Origin: Pristiophorus japonicus
Lineage: Eukaryota
Length of the DNA: 64,000 bases
Assembly (NCBI RefSeq): GCF_044704955.1
Contig: NC_091992.1
Location: forward strand, 22,444,001 to 22,508,000
Direction of reading: 5' to 3'
Shown here: piece by piece, positions 1 to 12,374 of the stretch
How positions within the stretch are numbered: the first letter of the stretch is position 1
Layout: the number at the start of each line of letters is the position of its first letter
Translations under genes and position numbers: made by a program
The notes under the pieces: model-generated
What the model was told of the DNA's origin: nothing
Seen by the model: only the letters and a program-made list of their open reading frames with translations
Database searches by the model: none

Positions 1-34
1 TCACTGAAAACAAAATAATATGTAACATACATAC

Positions 35-959
35 CTGTACATCCAGGAACAAAATGTGATGCCACAATAAAACTTAGCCCAAAGATGAGATTTTCCAAGA
101 TGCGTGGAGCCATATTTCACAAATAAACAAAGAATCTGTAAAATGCCAGGGAGTGTCGAGTATTCCTGATAAAATTCCAAAGCTAAACAATGATCTAGGA
201 AAAACTGTAAAATTATTAAAATTACTTTAATTATTGTTCGGATATTTTCCAATGGTTCACCTCAGCAGGTATGCTAACAGAGGAATGTCTCAACAAAACT
301 GTAAAGATAGTCACCAGAAACAGTCTTGGACAACTAGATCTGATGCTTTCGTCTCCAAACTTTATATATAATCCTTTAACATAAATGTTTCTTGATGAAT
401 TTTTACAGGGTTAGTAAAGTATATTTAAATTGCACAGTTTATAGCTCCCCATTTTAGTTTTATGGTTTTAATAAGTGAGAATCAATAAAGATTAACTGAG
501 CAAGGACATGAGATTTACCTATGATCAGGTCAACCAAACAAAGCGTTCAGTGTTACTGCAAGGACTATTATATTTATTTTGATAATATGAATTTCTAACT
601 TTGCTCAAAACATTTTTTTACTCATCACAAAAATACAAGTACGGAGTATGTTTTTTATTTTGACATATCGAGGTAAATTGTGTTGTTCAAGTGTATACCA
701 ATGTATGTAATATTAAAGCATGTTCTACTTGAAAATGAATCCCAAATCAGTGCTTTCTCACTGCAAAAGACAATATGAACCAGTCAACAAATTGTTCAGG
801 CTTTTATTTGTCTCTACATCTGCTGTTGCTTCCCTTCAACAATATACCGTGAAACTTGTGAACTCCTTTAGCTTGCAGAAAATAACTGTGATGCACGAAG
901 CTATCTTCGTAATTACAAGTTGGGAGTTTAAGAAATGAATGAATTCCTGAGGAAATGGT
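35..959 (-). CDS. Candidate internal exons (848-959 and 35-194) of an unidentified gene continuing off the left edge
   Basis: Both have pyrimidine-tract AG acceptors and GTAT donors and splice in phase into an open frame TISSGIHSFLKLP...KFHDHCLALEFYQEY...SWMYR; no family recognised. Confidence 0.3.
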
Positions 960-1508
960 CTACAAACAGAAACTGGAGTCGCTGTAAATGTTAATTAAAA
1001 AGGGTAGAAACTCGGAACAAAAATTATATAGATACATTTTAAATGAAAGAATGCGAGATTGAACTCACTTTAATCACATTGGTATTTATGTGGTTAAATA
1101 AGCATTAAAAGGCCTGGAAGGAACAGCATAAAAAGCATTGGATTGAGAAACATCTAATTTGCTTATCAAGGCCACTCCTTCCTAAAAACAATTTATAATC
1201 TGCACAGTCATTTACTTAATCTAAAGAGGATCACAAATAATCACATGTACGACCTCCAGAAGAAAATCTAAGAGGCAGACACTGCATGATATAAATCCAA
1301 CATTTTCTGCATTTCCCTATAAACCACTCAAAATGTAATATGCATGAAACTGACAAGGTTTTAAGTCTGAGAAATAAAATACATTTAAGTGTTTATTTGA
1401 GCTAATCACAATTTTTGCCTTATGAATGTGCATATAGTTGTGGTGTAAATCCTTTAACAGTTGTGGTGCTATAGATGGGCGTTGGATGCAAGACTTTTAA
1501 TTATTAAG

Positions 1509-1692
1509 AATAAAAACAGAGAATGCTGGAAATACTTAACAGGTCAGGCAGCATCTGTGGAGAGAGAGAAACAGAGTTAACGTTTCGGATCGATGATCTT
1601 TAATCAGAAGTTCTGACGAAAGGTCATCGACCTGAAACGTTAATTCTGTTTTAATTTCATATTTCCAACAACTGCAGTGTTTTGCTTTTGTT
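1509..1692. mobile_element. Palindromic Penelope-derived repeat carrying hammerhead ribozyme motifs
   Basis: Inverted arms centred near 1610; related single arm at 12035-12178 and a decayed arm at 13225-13355. Confidence 0.65.
1605..1648 (+). ncRNA. Minimal type I hammerhead ribozyme motif
   Basis: CTGACGA(A) 1613-1620, stem II AGGTC/GACCT, GAAA 1634-1637, palindromic AACGTT in place of stem III, weak stem I. Confidence 0.55.
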
Positions 1693-2268
1693 TTAATTAT
1701 TAAGGTCTTTGTGGTTGTCACACAAACGTTTAATGGATTCAATTGTACTTTGAAACTTAGCGATAAAATTACAGTGGATCCATAGCAGCTGTAATTCTTA
1801 CAACAAAATACAAATAGAGACATTTATAATATCCTCATCTGTTTACAGATGAAAATGAATTTTTTTTTACATTAATTTATGGCAAAGAAAATCAGATGTG
1901 CAAAATATAATCAGAGTCCTTAATACATATTTCAGAACACTTTCCATGAAGGTGGAAAATAACAAAATGGGAGTGGCCCTTTAAGGTTGATTTGCATTAT
2001 GATTAAACACCAGTGACATGTTCAATATGGCAAAATAAGGTCCAGCAACTCCCTTGGCAAATAGTGATCAACATTCCAATGGCAGTTAAATGCTGACATT
2101 TGCTTTAAAGGGACACTCCCATTTCAAAAATTGTTAAAACTAGAGTAATTTTGGTTCCCTTAATCAGGAAAAAAGGAAATTAAAGAGATGCTGTCACTCT
2201 TAAAACATTGTTAGTCAAACTATACTAAGTGACATGGTAATATCACTTGTGTAAGCTGTGGGCCAGGT

Positions 2269-4012
2269 ATAAGAAATAGGAGCAGGAATAGGCCATACGG
2301 CCCCTCGAGCCTGCTCCGCTATTTAATACGATCATGGCTGATCCGATCATGGACTCAGGTCCACTTCCCTGCCCGCTCCCCATAACCCTTTATTCCCTTT
2401 TCGGTTAAGAAACTGTCTATCTCTTAAATTTATTCAATGACCCAGCTTCCACAGCTCTCTGAGGCAGCGAATTCCATAGATTTACAACCTTTTGAGAGAA
2501 GAAATTCCTCCTCATCTCAGTTTTAAATGGGCGGCCCTTTATTCTAAGATTATGCACCCTAGTTCTAGTCTAGAAACATCCTCTCTGCATCCACCTTGTC
2601 AAGCCCCCTCATAATCTTATACGTTTCGATAAGATCACCACTCATTCTTCTGAATTCCAATGAGTAGAGGCCCAACCTACTCAGCCTTTTCTCATAAGTC
2701 AACCCCCTCATCTCCGGAATCAACCTGAATTGCCTCCAAAGCAAGTATATCCTTTCTTAAATATGGAAACCATAACTGTACGCAGTATTCCAAGTGTGGT
2801 CTCACCAATACCCTGTATAACTGTAGCAAGATTTCCCTGCTTTTATATTCCATCCCCTTTGTAATAAAGGCCAAGATTCCATTGGCCTTCCTGATCACTT
2901 GCTGTACCTGTATACTATCCTTTTGTGTTTCATGCACAAGGTCCTGCTGTACTGCAGCACTATGCAATTTTTCTCCATTTAAATAAGAACTTGCTCTTCG
3001 ATTTTTTCTGCCAAAGTTCATAACCACACACTTTCCAACATTATACTCCATCTGCCAAATTCTTGCCCATTCACTTAGCCCATGTCCTTTTGCAGGTTTT
3101 TTGTGTTCTCCTCACACTTTGCTTTTCCTCCCATCTTTGTATTGTCAGCAAACTTGGCTCCAGAGACTTGAGCACTCGGTCCCTTCATCCAAGTCGTTAA
3201 TATAGATTGTAAATAGTTGGGGTCCCAGCACTGATCCCTGCGGCACCCCACTAGTTACTGATTGCCAACCAGAGAATGAACCATTTATCCCGACTCTCTG
3301 ATTTCTGTTAGTTAGCCAATCCTCTATCCATGCTAAGATATTACCCCCAACCCCGTGAACTTTTATCTTGTGTAGTAACCTTTTATGTGGCACCTTGTCA
3401 AATGCCTTCTGGAAGTCCAAATACACCACATCCACTGGTTCCCCTTTATCCACCCTGTTCATTACTTCCTCAAAGAATTCTGGCAAATTTGTCAAACATG
3501 ACTTCCCCTTCATAAATCCATGCTGACTCTCCCTGACTAAATTATGCTTTTCTAAATGTCCTGCTACTGCTTCTTTAATAATGGACTCCAACATTTTCCC
3601 AACCACAGATGTTAGGCTAACTGGTCTATAGATTCCTGCTTTTTGTCTGCCTCCTTTTTTAAATAGGGGCGTTACATTTGCAGTTTTCCAATCTGCTGGG
3701 ACCGCCCCAGAATCCAGGGAATTCTGGTAAATTACAACCAATGCATCCACTAATCCTGCCGTTGCTTCTCCTAGGATGCAAGCCATCAGGTTCAGGGGAT
3801 TTCTCCGCCTTTAGTCCCATTATCCTACTGAGTACCACCTCCTTAGTGATTGTGATTGTGGTAAGTTCCTCCCCCCCCCCCATAGCCCCTTGACTATCCA
3901 CTGTTGGGATATATTTAGTGTCTTCTATCATAAAGACTGGTACAAAATATTTGTTCAGAGTTTCTGCCATTTCCATGTTCCCCATCACTAATTCCCCAGT
4001 TTTGTCTTCGAA
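2269..4012 (-). mobile_element. CR1 LINE, 5'-truncated, degenerate RT
   Basis: ORF2 fragments [31 protein letters not shown]; CR1 3' UTR at left end. Confidence 0.9.
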
Positions 4013-4020
4013 GGAACACC

Positions 4021-4125
4021 GCTCAGTGGCACAGGTGGTAGCACTTTCACTTCTGGGTCAGAAGGTTGTGGGTTCAACTCCTGCTCCAGAGACTTGAGCA
4101 CATAAATCTCAGCTGCCAACACTTC
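4021..4125 (+). mobile_element. SINE tRNA-like head fragment
   Basis: gtcagaaggttgtgggttcaactcc...agagacttgagcac. Confidence 0.65.
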
Positions 4126-4809
4126 AACATTGTTCTGCTGATAGACTTAAATGAGGAAAGACAGAAGGAGGCTTGAGTGGAACATAAACGGCGGCATGGA
4201 CTGGTTGGGCCGAATGGCTGTTTCTGTGCCGTATATCCTGTGTAATTATGATATGCATTGGAACAGAAGTAGGCCATTTAGCCCCTCGAGCCTTTACAGC
4301 CATTCAATGAGATCATAGCTAATCTATACCCTAACTCCATCCACCCGCCTTGGCTCTATATCTATTAATACCTTTGGCTAGCAATGATCTATTGATCTCA
4401 GATTTAAAAATATTAATTGAGCTAGAATCTATTGCTTTTGTGGGAGTGAGTGCCACACTTCTACCCCTTTTTCTGTGAAGAAGTGTTTCCTATGTTCTTT
4501 CCTGAATGACCGAGCTCTGATTTTAAGTTTATGTCCCCTTTTTCTCGACAACCACCTTACCCCCCACCCCAATCAGCGGAAAAAGTTTCTCTCTATCCAC
4601 CCTATCAATTCCTTTCAAAATCCTAAAAATCTCAATCAAATTAAACCTTAATGTTCTATATTCCAGGGAATACAAGCCGAGTGCATACAATTTATCCGCA
4701 GAATTTAACCCTTGGTGCCCTGCTAACATTCTTGTGAATCTGTGCTGCACTGCTTCCAAAGCCCATATATCCTTTCTAAAGTGCGGTGCCCAGAACTGTA
4801 CACAGTACT

Positions 4810-7800
4810 TGTTATGTATTTAACCCTTTGTAACCTGCATGACACCTGACCACCAGAGGGCCCACCTGTTGGAGTCCCAAGGGATCCCAGCATCCCTTGG
4901 AAGCACAGTATATAACCAGGCCACCCACGAGGTACGTGCACTCTGGAATCTTATTAAAGGAGCTAAGATCACACTTGCTCATTACACACAGTATTCAGCC
5001 TCACCCTTTATTGTGAGTGTAACAATTGGCGACGAGGTAACGAACAACCGCACGAAAATGCAAAGAACAGTCGGCATCCTGGAGAAGTTTTCAGAAGGGG
5101 ATGATTGGGAGGCCTTCGTGGAGAGACTCGACCAATACTTTGTGGCCAACGAGCTGGAAGGGGATGAGAATGCTACCAAACGAATGGATATCCTCCTAAC
5201 TGTCTGAGGGGCAACAACCTATGGCTTCATGAAGAATCTCTTGGTCCCGGCAAAACCAACAGAGAAATCTTACGAAGAATTATGTACGCTGGTCCGGGAG
5301 CACCTAAATCCTTCAACAATATACCGTGAAACTTGTGAGCTCCTTTAGCTTGCAGAAAATAACTGTGATGCACGAAGCTACCTTCATAATTACAAGTAGG
5401 GAGATTGCAAAAGTTTCTATAGATATGTAAAGAGAAAAAGGTTAGTAAAGGCAAACATAGGTCCTCTGCAGTCAGAATCAGGGGAAGTCATAACGGGGAA
5501 CAAAGAAATGGCGGACCAATTGAACAAGTACTTTGGTTCGGTATTCACTAAGGAGGACACAAACAACCTTCCGGATATAAAAGGGGTCAGAGGGTCTAGT
5601 AAGGAGGAGGAACTGAGGGAAATCCTTATTAGTCGGGAAATTGTGTTGGGGAAATTGATGGGATTGAAGGCCGATAAATCCCCAGGGCCTGATGGACTGC
5701 ACCCCAGAGTACTTAAGGAAGTGGCCTTGGAAATAGCGGATGCATTGACAGTCATTTTCCAACATTCCATTGACTCTGGATCAGTTCCTATCGAGTGGAG
5801 GGTAGCCAATGTAACACCACTTTTTAAAAAAGGAGGGAGAGAAAACAGGGAATTATAGACCGGTCAGCCTGACATCGGTAGTGGGTAAAATAATGGAATC
5901 AATTATTAAGGATGTCATAGCAGCGCATTTGGAAAGAGGTGACATGATAGGTCCAAGTCAGCATGGATTTGTGAAAGGGAAATCATGCTTGACAAATCTT
6001 CTGGAATTTTTTGAGGATGTTTCCAGTAGAGTGGACAAGGGAGAACCAGTTGATGTGGTATATTTGGACTTTCAGAAGGCTTTCGACATGGTCCCACACA
6101 AGAGATTAATGTGCAAAGTTAAAGCACATGGGATTGGGGGTAGTGTGCTGACATGGATTGAGAACTGGTTGTCAGACAGGAAGCAAAGAGTAGGAGTAAA
6201 TGGGGATTTTTCAGAATGGCAGGCAGTGACTAGTGGGGTACCGCAAGGTTCTGTGCTGGGGCCCCAGCTGTTTACACTGTACATTAATGATTTAGACGAG
6301 GGAATTAAATGTAGTATCTCCAAATTTGCGGATGACACTAAGTTGGGTGGCTGTGTGAGCTGCGAGGAGGATGCTATGAGGCTGCAGAGCGACTTGGATA
6401 GGTTAGGTGAGTGGGCAAATGAATGGCAGATGAAGTATAATGTGGATAAATGTGAGGTTATCCACTATGGTGGTAAAAACAGAGAGACAGACTATTATCT
6501 GAATGGTGACAGATTAGGAAAAGGGGAGGTGCAACGAGACCTGGGTGTCATGGTACATCAGTCATTGAAGGTTGGCATGCAGGTACAGCAGGCGGTTAAG
6601 AAAGCAAATGGCATGTTGGCCTTCATAGCGAGGGGCAGGGAGGTGTTACTACAGTTGTACAGGGCCTTGGTGAGGCCACACCTGGAGTATTGTGTACAGT
6701 TTTGGTCTCCTAACCTGAGGAAGGACATTCTTGCTATTGAGGGAGTGCAGCGAAGGTTCACCAGACTGATTCCCGGGATTGTTGGACTAACCTATCAAGA
6801 AAGACTGGATCAACTGGGCTTGTATTCACTGGAGTTCAGAAGAATGAGAGGGGACCTCATAGAAACGTTTAAAATTCTGACGGGTTTAGACAGGTTAGAT
6901 GCAGGAAGAATGTTCCCAATGTTGGGGAAGTCCAGAACCAGGGGACACAGTCTAAGGATAAGGGGTAAGCCATTTAGGACCGAGATGAGGAGAAACTTCT
7001 TCACCCAGAGAGTGGTGAACCTGTGGAATTCTCTACCACAGAAAGTTGTTGAGGCCAATTCATTAAATATATTCAAAAAGGAGTTAGATGAAGTCCTTAC
7101 TAGTAGGGGGATCAAGGGGTATGGCGAGAAAGTAGGAATGGGGTACTGAAGTTGCATGTTCAGCTATGAATTCATTGAATGGCGGTGCAAGCTAGAAGGG
7201 CCGAATGGCCTACTCCTGCACATATTTTTCTATGTTTCTATGTTTCTAAGGAAAGCATTTTGATGATAAGATATCGGTTCTACATGTGTCAACGATCAGA
7301 GGGCCAGGAAGTGGCGAGTTATGTCACCGAACTAAGGCGCCTCGCAGGACATTGTGAGTTTGAGGGATTCCTAGAACAAATGCTCAGAGACTTTTTTGTA
7401 CTGGGCATCGGACATGAAACAATCCTTCGCAAACTGGTGACTGTAGAAACTCCGAATCTATGTAAAGCCATAACGATAGCCCAGGCATTTATGTCCACCA
7501 GCGACAACACCAAGCAGATTTCGCAGAATAAAGAAGTTTCGGCCAGTGCTGTGCATAAAATAATGGCGGTTTTGAGCAGAAATGTACAGGCAGAGCGTAC
7601 ACGCCGGCTGCTGTGGCCCGACCTCAATTGACCCAGAGTCCGCCATCAACTGTTAATGCGACGCAGTTAACAACATCCTGTTGGCGCTGCGAAGGTGATC
7701 ATCGGCCCCATCAATGCCGCTTTAAGCACTATGCGTGCAATGGGTGCAGAACAATGGGACACCTCCAGCGAATGTGCAGGCGAGCTGCAAACCCTACAAA

Positions 7801-10800
7801 CCACCATGTTGCAGAGGAAGGTCAATCTACAGGCTGAATCGTACTGAAGAGGCAGAAGTGTACAGGGTACACACGTTCACTACGAAATGTCCACCAATAA
7901 TGTTGAAAGTTGAACTGAACGGCAGTTCAGCTATGGAGCTAGACACGGGGGCAAGTCAGTCCATAATGAGTAAAAAGGCCTTCTACAGGCTGTGGGAAAA
8001 TAAGGCACATTCACACCAAACTAAGGACTTGCACCAAGGAACTAATCCCTGTAATTGGCAGTGCAGAAGACAAAGTCTCCTACGACAGAGCAGTACACGA
8101 ACTCCCGCTATGGATTGTATCAGGGGATGGCCCCACGTTGTTTGGCAGAAGCTTGCTGGGAAAAATCCGCTGGAACTGGGATAACATCCGAGCGCTTTCA
8201 TCCGTTGACAACGCCTCATGTACCCAGGTTCTGAGCAAGTTCCCATCGTTGTTCGAGCCAGGCATTGGAAGCGTTTCAGGGGCAAAAGTGCAGATCCATT
8301 TGGTTCCCGGTACGCGACCCATCCACCACAAGAATCGGGCGGTATCGTATATGATGCGTGAAAAAGTAGAAATTGAGCTGGACAGGTTGCAACGTGAAGG
8401 CATCATCACGCCGGTGGAATTCAACGAATGGGCCAGTCCGATTGCCCCGGTACTCAAGGAGGACGGCACGGTTAGAATTTGTGGGGACTATAAAGTAACG
8501 ATTAACCGTTTTTTGCTGCAGGACCAGTACCCGCTACCCAAGGCAGACGACCTATCCGACCTGGCTGGAGGGAAGATGTTCACCAAGCTGGACCTGACCT
8601 CAGCCTACATGATGCAGGAACTAGAGGAGTGTTCGAAAGGCCTCACCTGCATCAACATGCACAAAGGTCTGTTTGTCTACAACCGGTGCCCGTTTGGGAT
8701 TCGGTCGGCCAAGGCGATCTTCCAGCAGAACATGGAGAGCCTGCTAAAGTCGGTGCCTTGTACAGTGGTCTTCCAGGATGACATATTGGTTACAGGTCGG
8801 GACACCATGGGGCACTTGAAGAATCTGGAGGAGGTTCTTAGTCGGTTAGATCGCGTGGAGCTCAGGTTGAAACGCTCGATGTGTGTTTTCCTGGCACAAG
8901 ATGTCGAATTCTTGGGAAGGAGAATCGCAGCAGATGGGATCAGACCCACCGACGCCAAGACGGAGGCCATCGAGAACGCGCCGCAACCACAGAACATTAT
9001 GGAGCTGTGGTCATTCCTGGGACTCGTTTATTATTTTGGTAATTTCCTACCTGGGTTAAGCACCCTGCTAGAACCCCTACATGCGCTACTGCGCAAGGGA
9101 GACAACTGGGTATGGGGTAATTCACAAGAGTCTGCCTTTAAGAAAGCCAGAAATCTGTTGTGTTCTAACAAACTGCTTGTCCTGTATAATCCTTGTAAAC
9201 GATTAGTGCTAGCTTGCGATGCATCGTCATCCGGGTTTGGGTGTGTGCTACAACTGGCTAACGAATCGGGGATTTTGCAACCGGTCGCATATGCGTTCAG
9301 GAGGTTGTCCAAGGCCGAAAGGGCCTACAGCATGGTTAAAAAAGGCTCTGGCGTGCATTTACGGGGTAAAAAAAATGCACCAGTACTTATTTGGCCTCAA
9401 GTTTTAGCTTGAAACTGACCACAAGCCGCTCATATCGCTGTTCTCTGAGAGCAAAGGGATTAATACCAATGCCTCTGCCCGCATCCAAAGATAAGCGCTC
9501 ACGCTGTCGGCATACAACTATGTAATCCGCCACAGACCGGGCACAGAGAACTGCGCAGATACTCTCAGTCGGCTGCCATTGTCCACCACCGGGGTGGAAA
9601 TGGCACAGCCAGCGGACTTGCTCATGGTCATGGAGGCATTCGAGAACGAGAAGTCCCCCGTTACAGCCCACCAGATCAGGACCTGGACTAGTCAGGATCC
9701 TTTACTGTCCTTGGTAAAAAAACTGTGTCCTCCATGAGAGCTGGTCTGGTGTCCCAGTGGAAATGCAGGAGGCGATTAAGCCGTTCCACAGACGCAAAGA
9801 CGAGCTGTCCCTGCAGGCGGACTGTCTATTGTGGGGCAATCACGTGGTCTTGCCCAAGAAAGGCAGAGATATGTTCATTTGTGAACTGCACAGCACCCAC
9901 CCAGGCATCGTAATGATGAAAGCCATAGCCAGATCCCATGTGTGGTGGCCCGGCATCGACTCAGATTTAGAGTCATGCATGTGCCAATGCAACACTTGCT
10001 CTCAGCTGAGCAATGCACCCAGAGAGGCATCGCTAAGTTTGTGGTCGTGGCCATCCAAACCGTGGTCGAGGATTCATGTAGACTATGTGGGCCCGTTCTT
10101 AGGCAAAATGTTTTTGGTTGTCGTGGGCGCTTACTCGAAATGGATTGAATGTGCAATAATGTCTGTAAGCACGTCCACGGCCGCCATTGAAAGCCCACGA
10201 ACCATGTTTGCCACGCACGGCTTGCCCGATGTCAGCGACAATGGGCCGTGCTTCACCAGTACTGAATTCAAGGAACAGGATCAAACATGTCAGGTTCAGA
10301 CCATCAAGCAAAGCTCGAAAAGTGTGTCGGAAGGCTCCCTGCAGACCCGGTTGTCCCAAGTGCTGCTCAGCTACCACACCAGACCCAACTCACTCAACAG
10401 GGCTCCCCCAGCTGAGCTGCTCATAAAAGGGGCGCTCAAAACCAAGGCTCTCTCTTATCCACCCTGATCTCCATAATCACATGGAGGGCAAGCGGCATCA
10501 ACAAAGTGTATACCATGACCGCGCAAATTTGTCACGCGATATTGAGATCAATGATCCTGTGTTTGTGCTCAATTATGGACATGGTCCCAAATGGCTTGCT
10601 GGGTGTTTCAGGTCAAATTGGTCAATGGACTAATGCACAGAAAACATTTGGACCAAATCAAACTGTGGTTCACCAACAGCCACGAACAACCCGAAGAGGA
10701 CACCACCAATTTTGACCCTCCAACACACACAAAAGTGGCGACTAACATCATGGTTGACCACAAAATCGAACTCATCATCCCTATCAGCCCGGCAAGGCTG

Positions 10801-11152
10801 GCTGTCCAACAGCCCGGTGAAGAGCTGACCAACCCACCCACATCCGCATTTGTACCGAGACGATCGACAAGGGAGCGTAAAGCCCCAGATCGTCTCACCT
10901 TGTAAATAAGTGTATTGTTGACTTCACGGGGGGAGTGATGTTATGTATTTAACCCCTTGTAACCTGCATGACACCTGACCACTATAGGGCCCACCTGCTG
11001 GGAGTCCCAAGGGATCCCAGCATCCCTTGGGAGCACAGTATATAACCAGGCCACCCACGAGGTACTTGCACTCTGGAAACTTATTAAAGGAGCTAAGGTC
11101 ACACTTGCTCATTACACAGTACTCAGCCTCACCCTTTATTATGAGTGTAACA
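4810..11152 (+). mobile_element. Ty3/Gypsy LTR retrotransposon A, full length and decayed, containing a nested CR1
   Basis: LTRs 4810-5024 and 10939-11152 (TG..CA, about 10 substitutions); 5-bp TSD GTACT/ATACT; PBS TGGCGACGAGG (tRNA-Ser type); polypurine tract at 10928; gag zinc knuckles, protease LDTGA, RT FQDD, RNase H CDAS, integrase HHCC in PR-RT-RH-IN order; stops and frameshifts. Confidence 0.95.
5404..7246 (+). mobile_element. Young CR1 LINE, 5'-truncated, inserted in Gypsy A gag
   Basis: RT ORF 5881-7149 with KFADDTKL; (CTATGTTT)n tail; gag resumes at 7247. Confidence 0.95.
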
Positions 11153-12374
11153 ATACTCCAGATGTGGTCTAACTGGGGCTTTGTATAGCTGTAGCAAAAC
11201 TTCCTCTTCTTAATATTCTTGCACTCTAGTTTATAAAGGCTAACATTCCATTAGCCTTTTTGATTATTTTTGTACCTGACTACTACATTTTAGTGATCAG
11301 TGTACATAGGCCCTTAAATCTCTTTTGATCTCTACTAATCCTAGCTTTTCACCATTTGAAAAATACTGAGATCTATCCTTTTTTTGGTCCAAAATGGATG
11401 ACTTCACACTTATCTGCGTTGAAATCATCTGCCACAGTTTTGTCCACTCACTTAATCTAACAATGTCTCTTGGTAATGTTATGCTCCCGTCTGCACTGCT
11501 TACTATGCCACCAAGCATTGTGTCATCGGCAAACTTGGATATATGGATCTCTATTGTGTTACTTAAGACATTAATAAATATAGTGAATACAGCACAGATC
11601 CTTGCAGGACACCACTAGTCACTTACTTCCAATCCGAGTACATAGCCATTATCCCTACTCTCTGTCTTCTACTGTCTAACCAGGTCAATAATTTGTCTTC
11701 AATTTCATGAGCTTCAATTTCAGCTAACAATCTCTTATGTGGCACCTTATCGAATGCCTTCTGGTAGTCCGTATAAATTACATCCACAGACATTCCCCTG
11801 TCTAGTACTTTAGTTACTTGCTCACAAATTTCAATTAGGTTCGTTAAACATGACCCACCCTTTACAAATCTATGTTGGCTCTATAATCAGCTCAAATTTA
11901 TCTAAGTGCTCAATTACTCTGTCGTTAATTATAGCTTCCAATAGCTTCCTCATAACAGATATTAAACTAACAGGTCTATCATTTCGTGGTGCAAATCGAA
12001 TCACATGGTTTGTGCACATAACAGCATCATAATGAAAAACAAAAGCAAAATACTGCTGGATGCTCGAAATCTGAAATAAAAACAGAAAATGCTGGAAATA
12101 TTCAGCAGGTCAGGCAGCATCTGTGGAGAGAGAAACAGAGTTAATGTTTCGGGTCGATGACCTTTAATCAGAACTCCAGAAGTCCTACAATGAAATCTCT
12201 AGATTAGAGTTTATTATTCTGGTATCCAGGGATCTTAGCCATTTTAGTAGCTTCAAAATCCCAGGTTTCCCAATCTAAAAACCTCAGAATTTGGTGCATG
12301 CTTTGCTTTGTGAGCTTTTTATGTTTGCCGTGGTGCTTACCTATTCCCCTGTTAGGTTAATGTCACACACTCAA

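Larger units (their letters stand above)
4258..11990 (-). mobile_element. Older CR1 fragment split by Gypsy A (4258-4809 and 11153-11990)
   Basis: RT C-terminal sequence is continuous across the Gypsy TSD (cacagtact|ccagatgtgg). Confidence 0.8.

Noticed and set aside
8138-10467. Domesticated Gypsy-derived host gene
   Set aside because: Multiple stops, frameshifts and an integrase deletion between intact LTRs indicate ordinary decay
12330-12360. Possible 8-nt minus-strand microexon (taacag GGGAATAG gtaagc)
   Set aside because: No pyrimidine tract, not frame-preserving, no supporting neighbours
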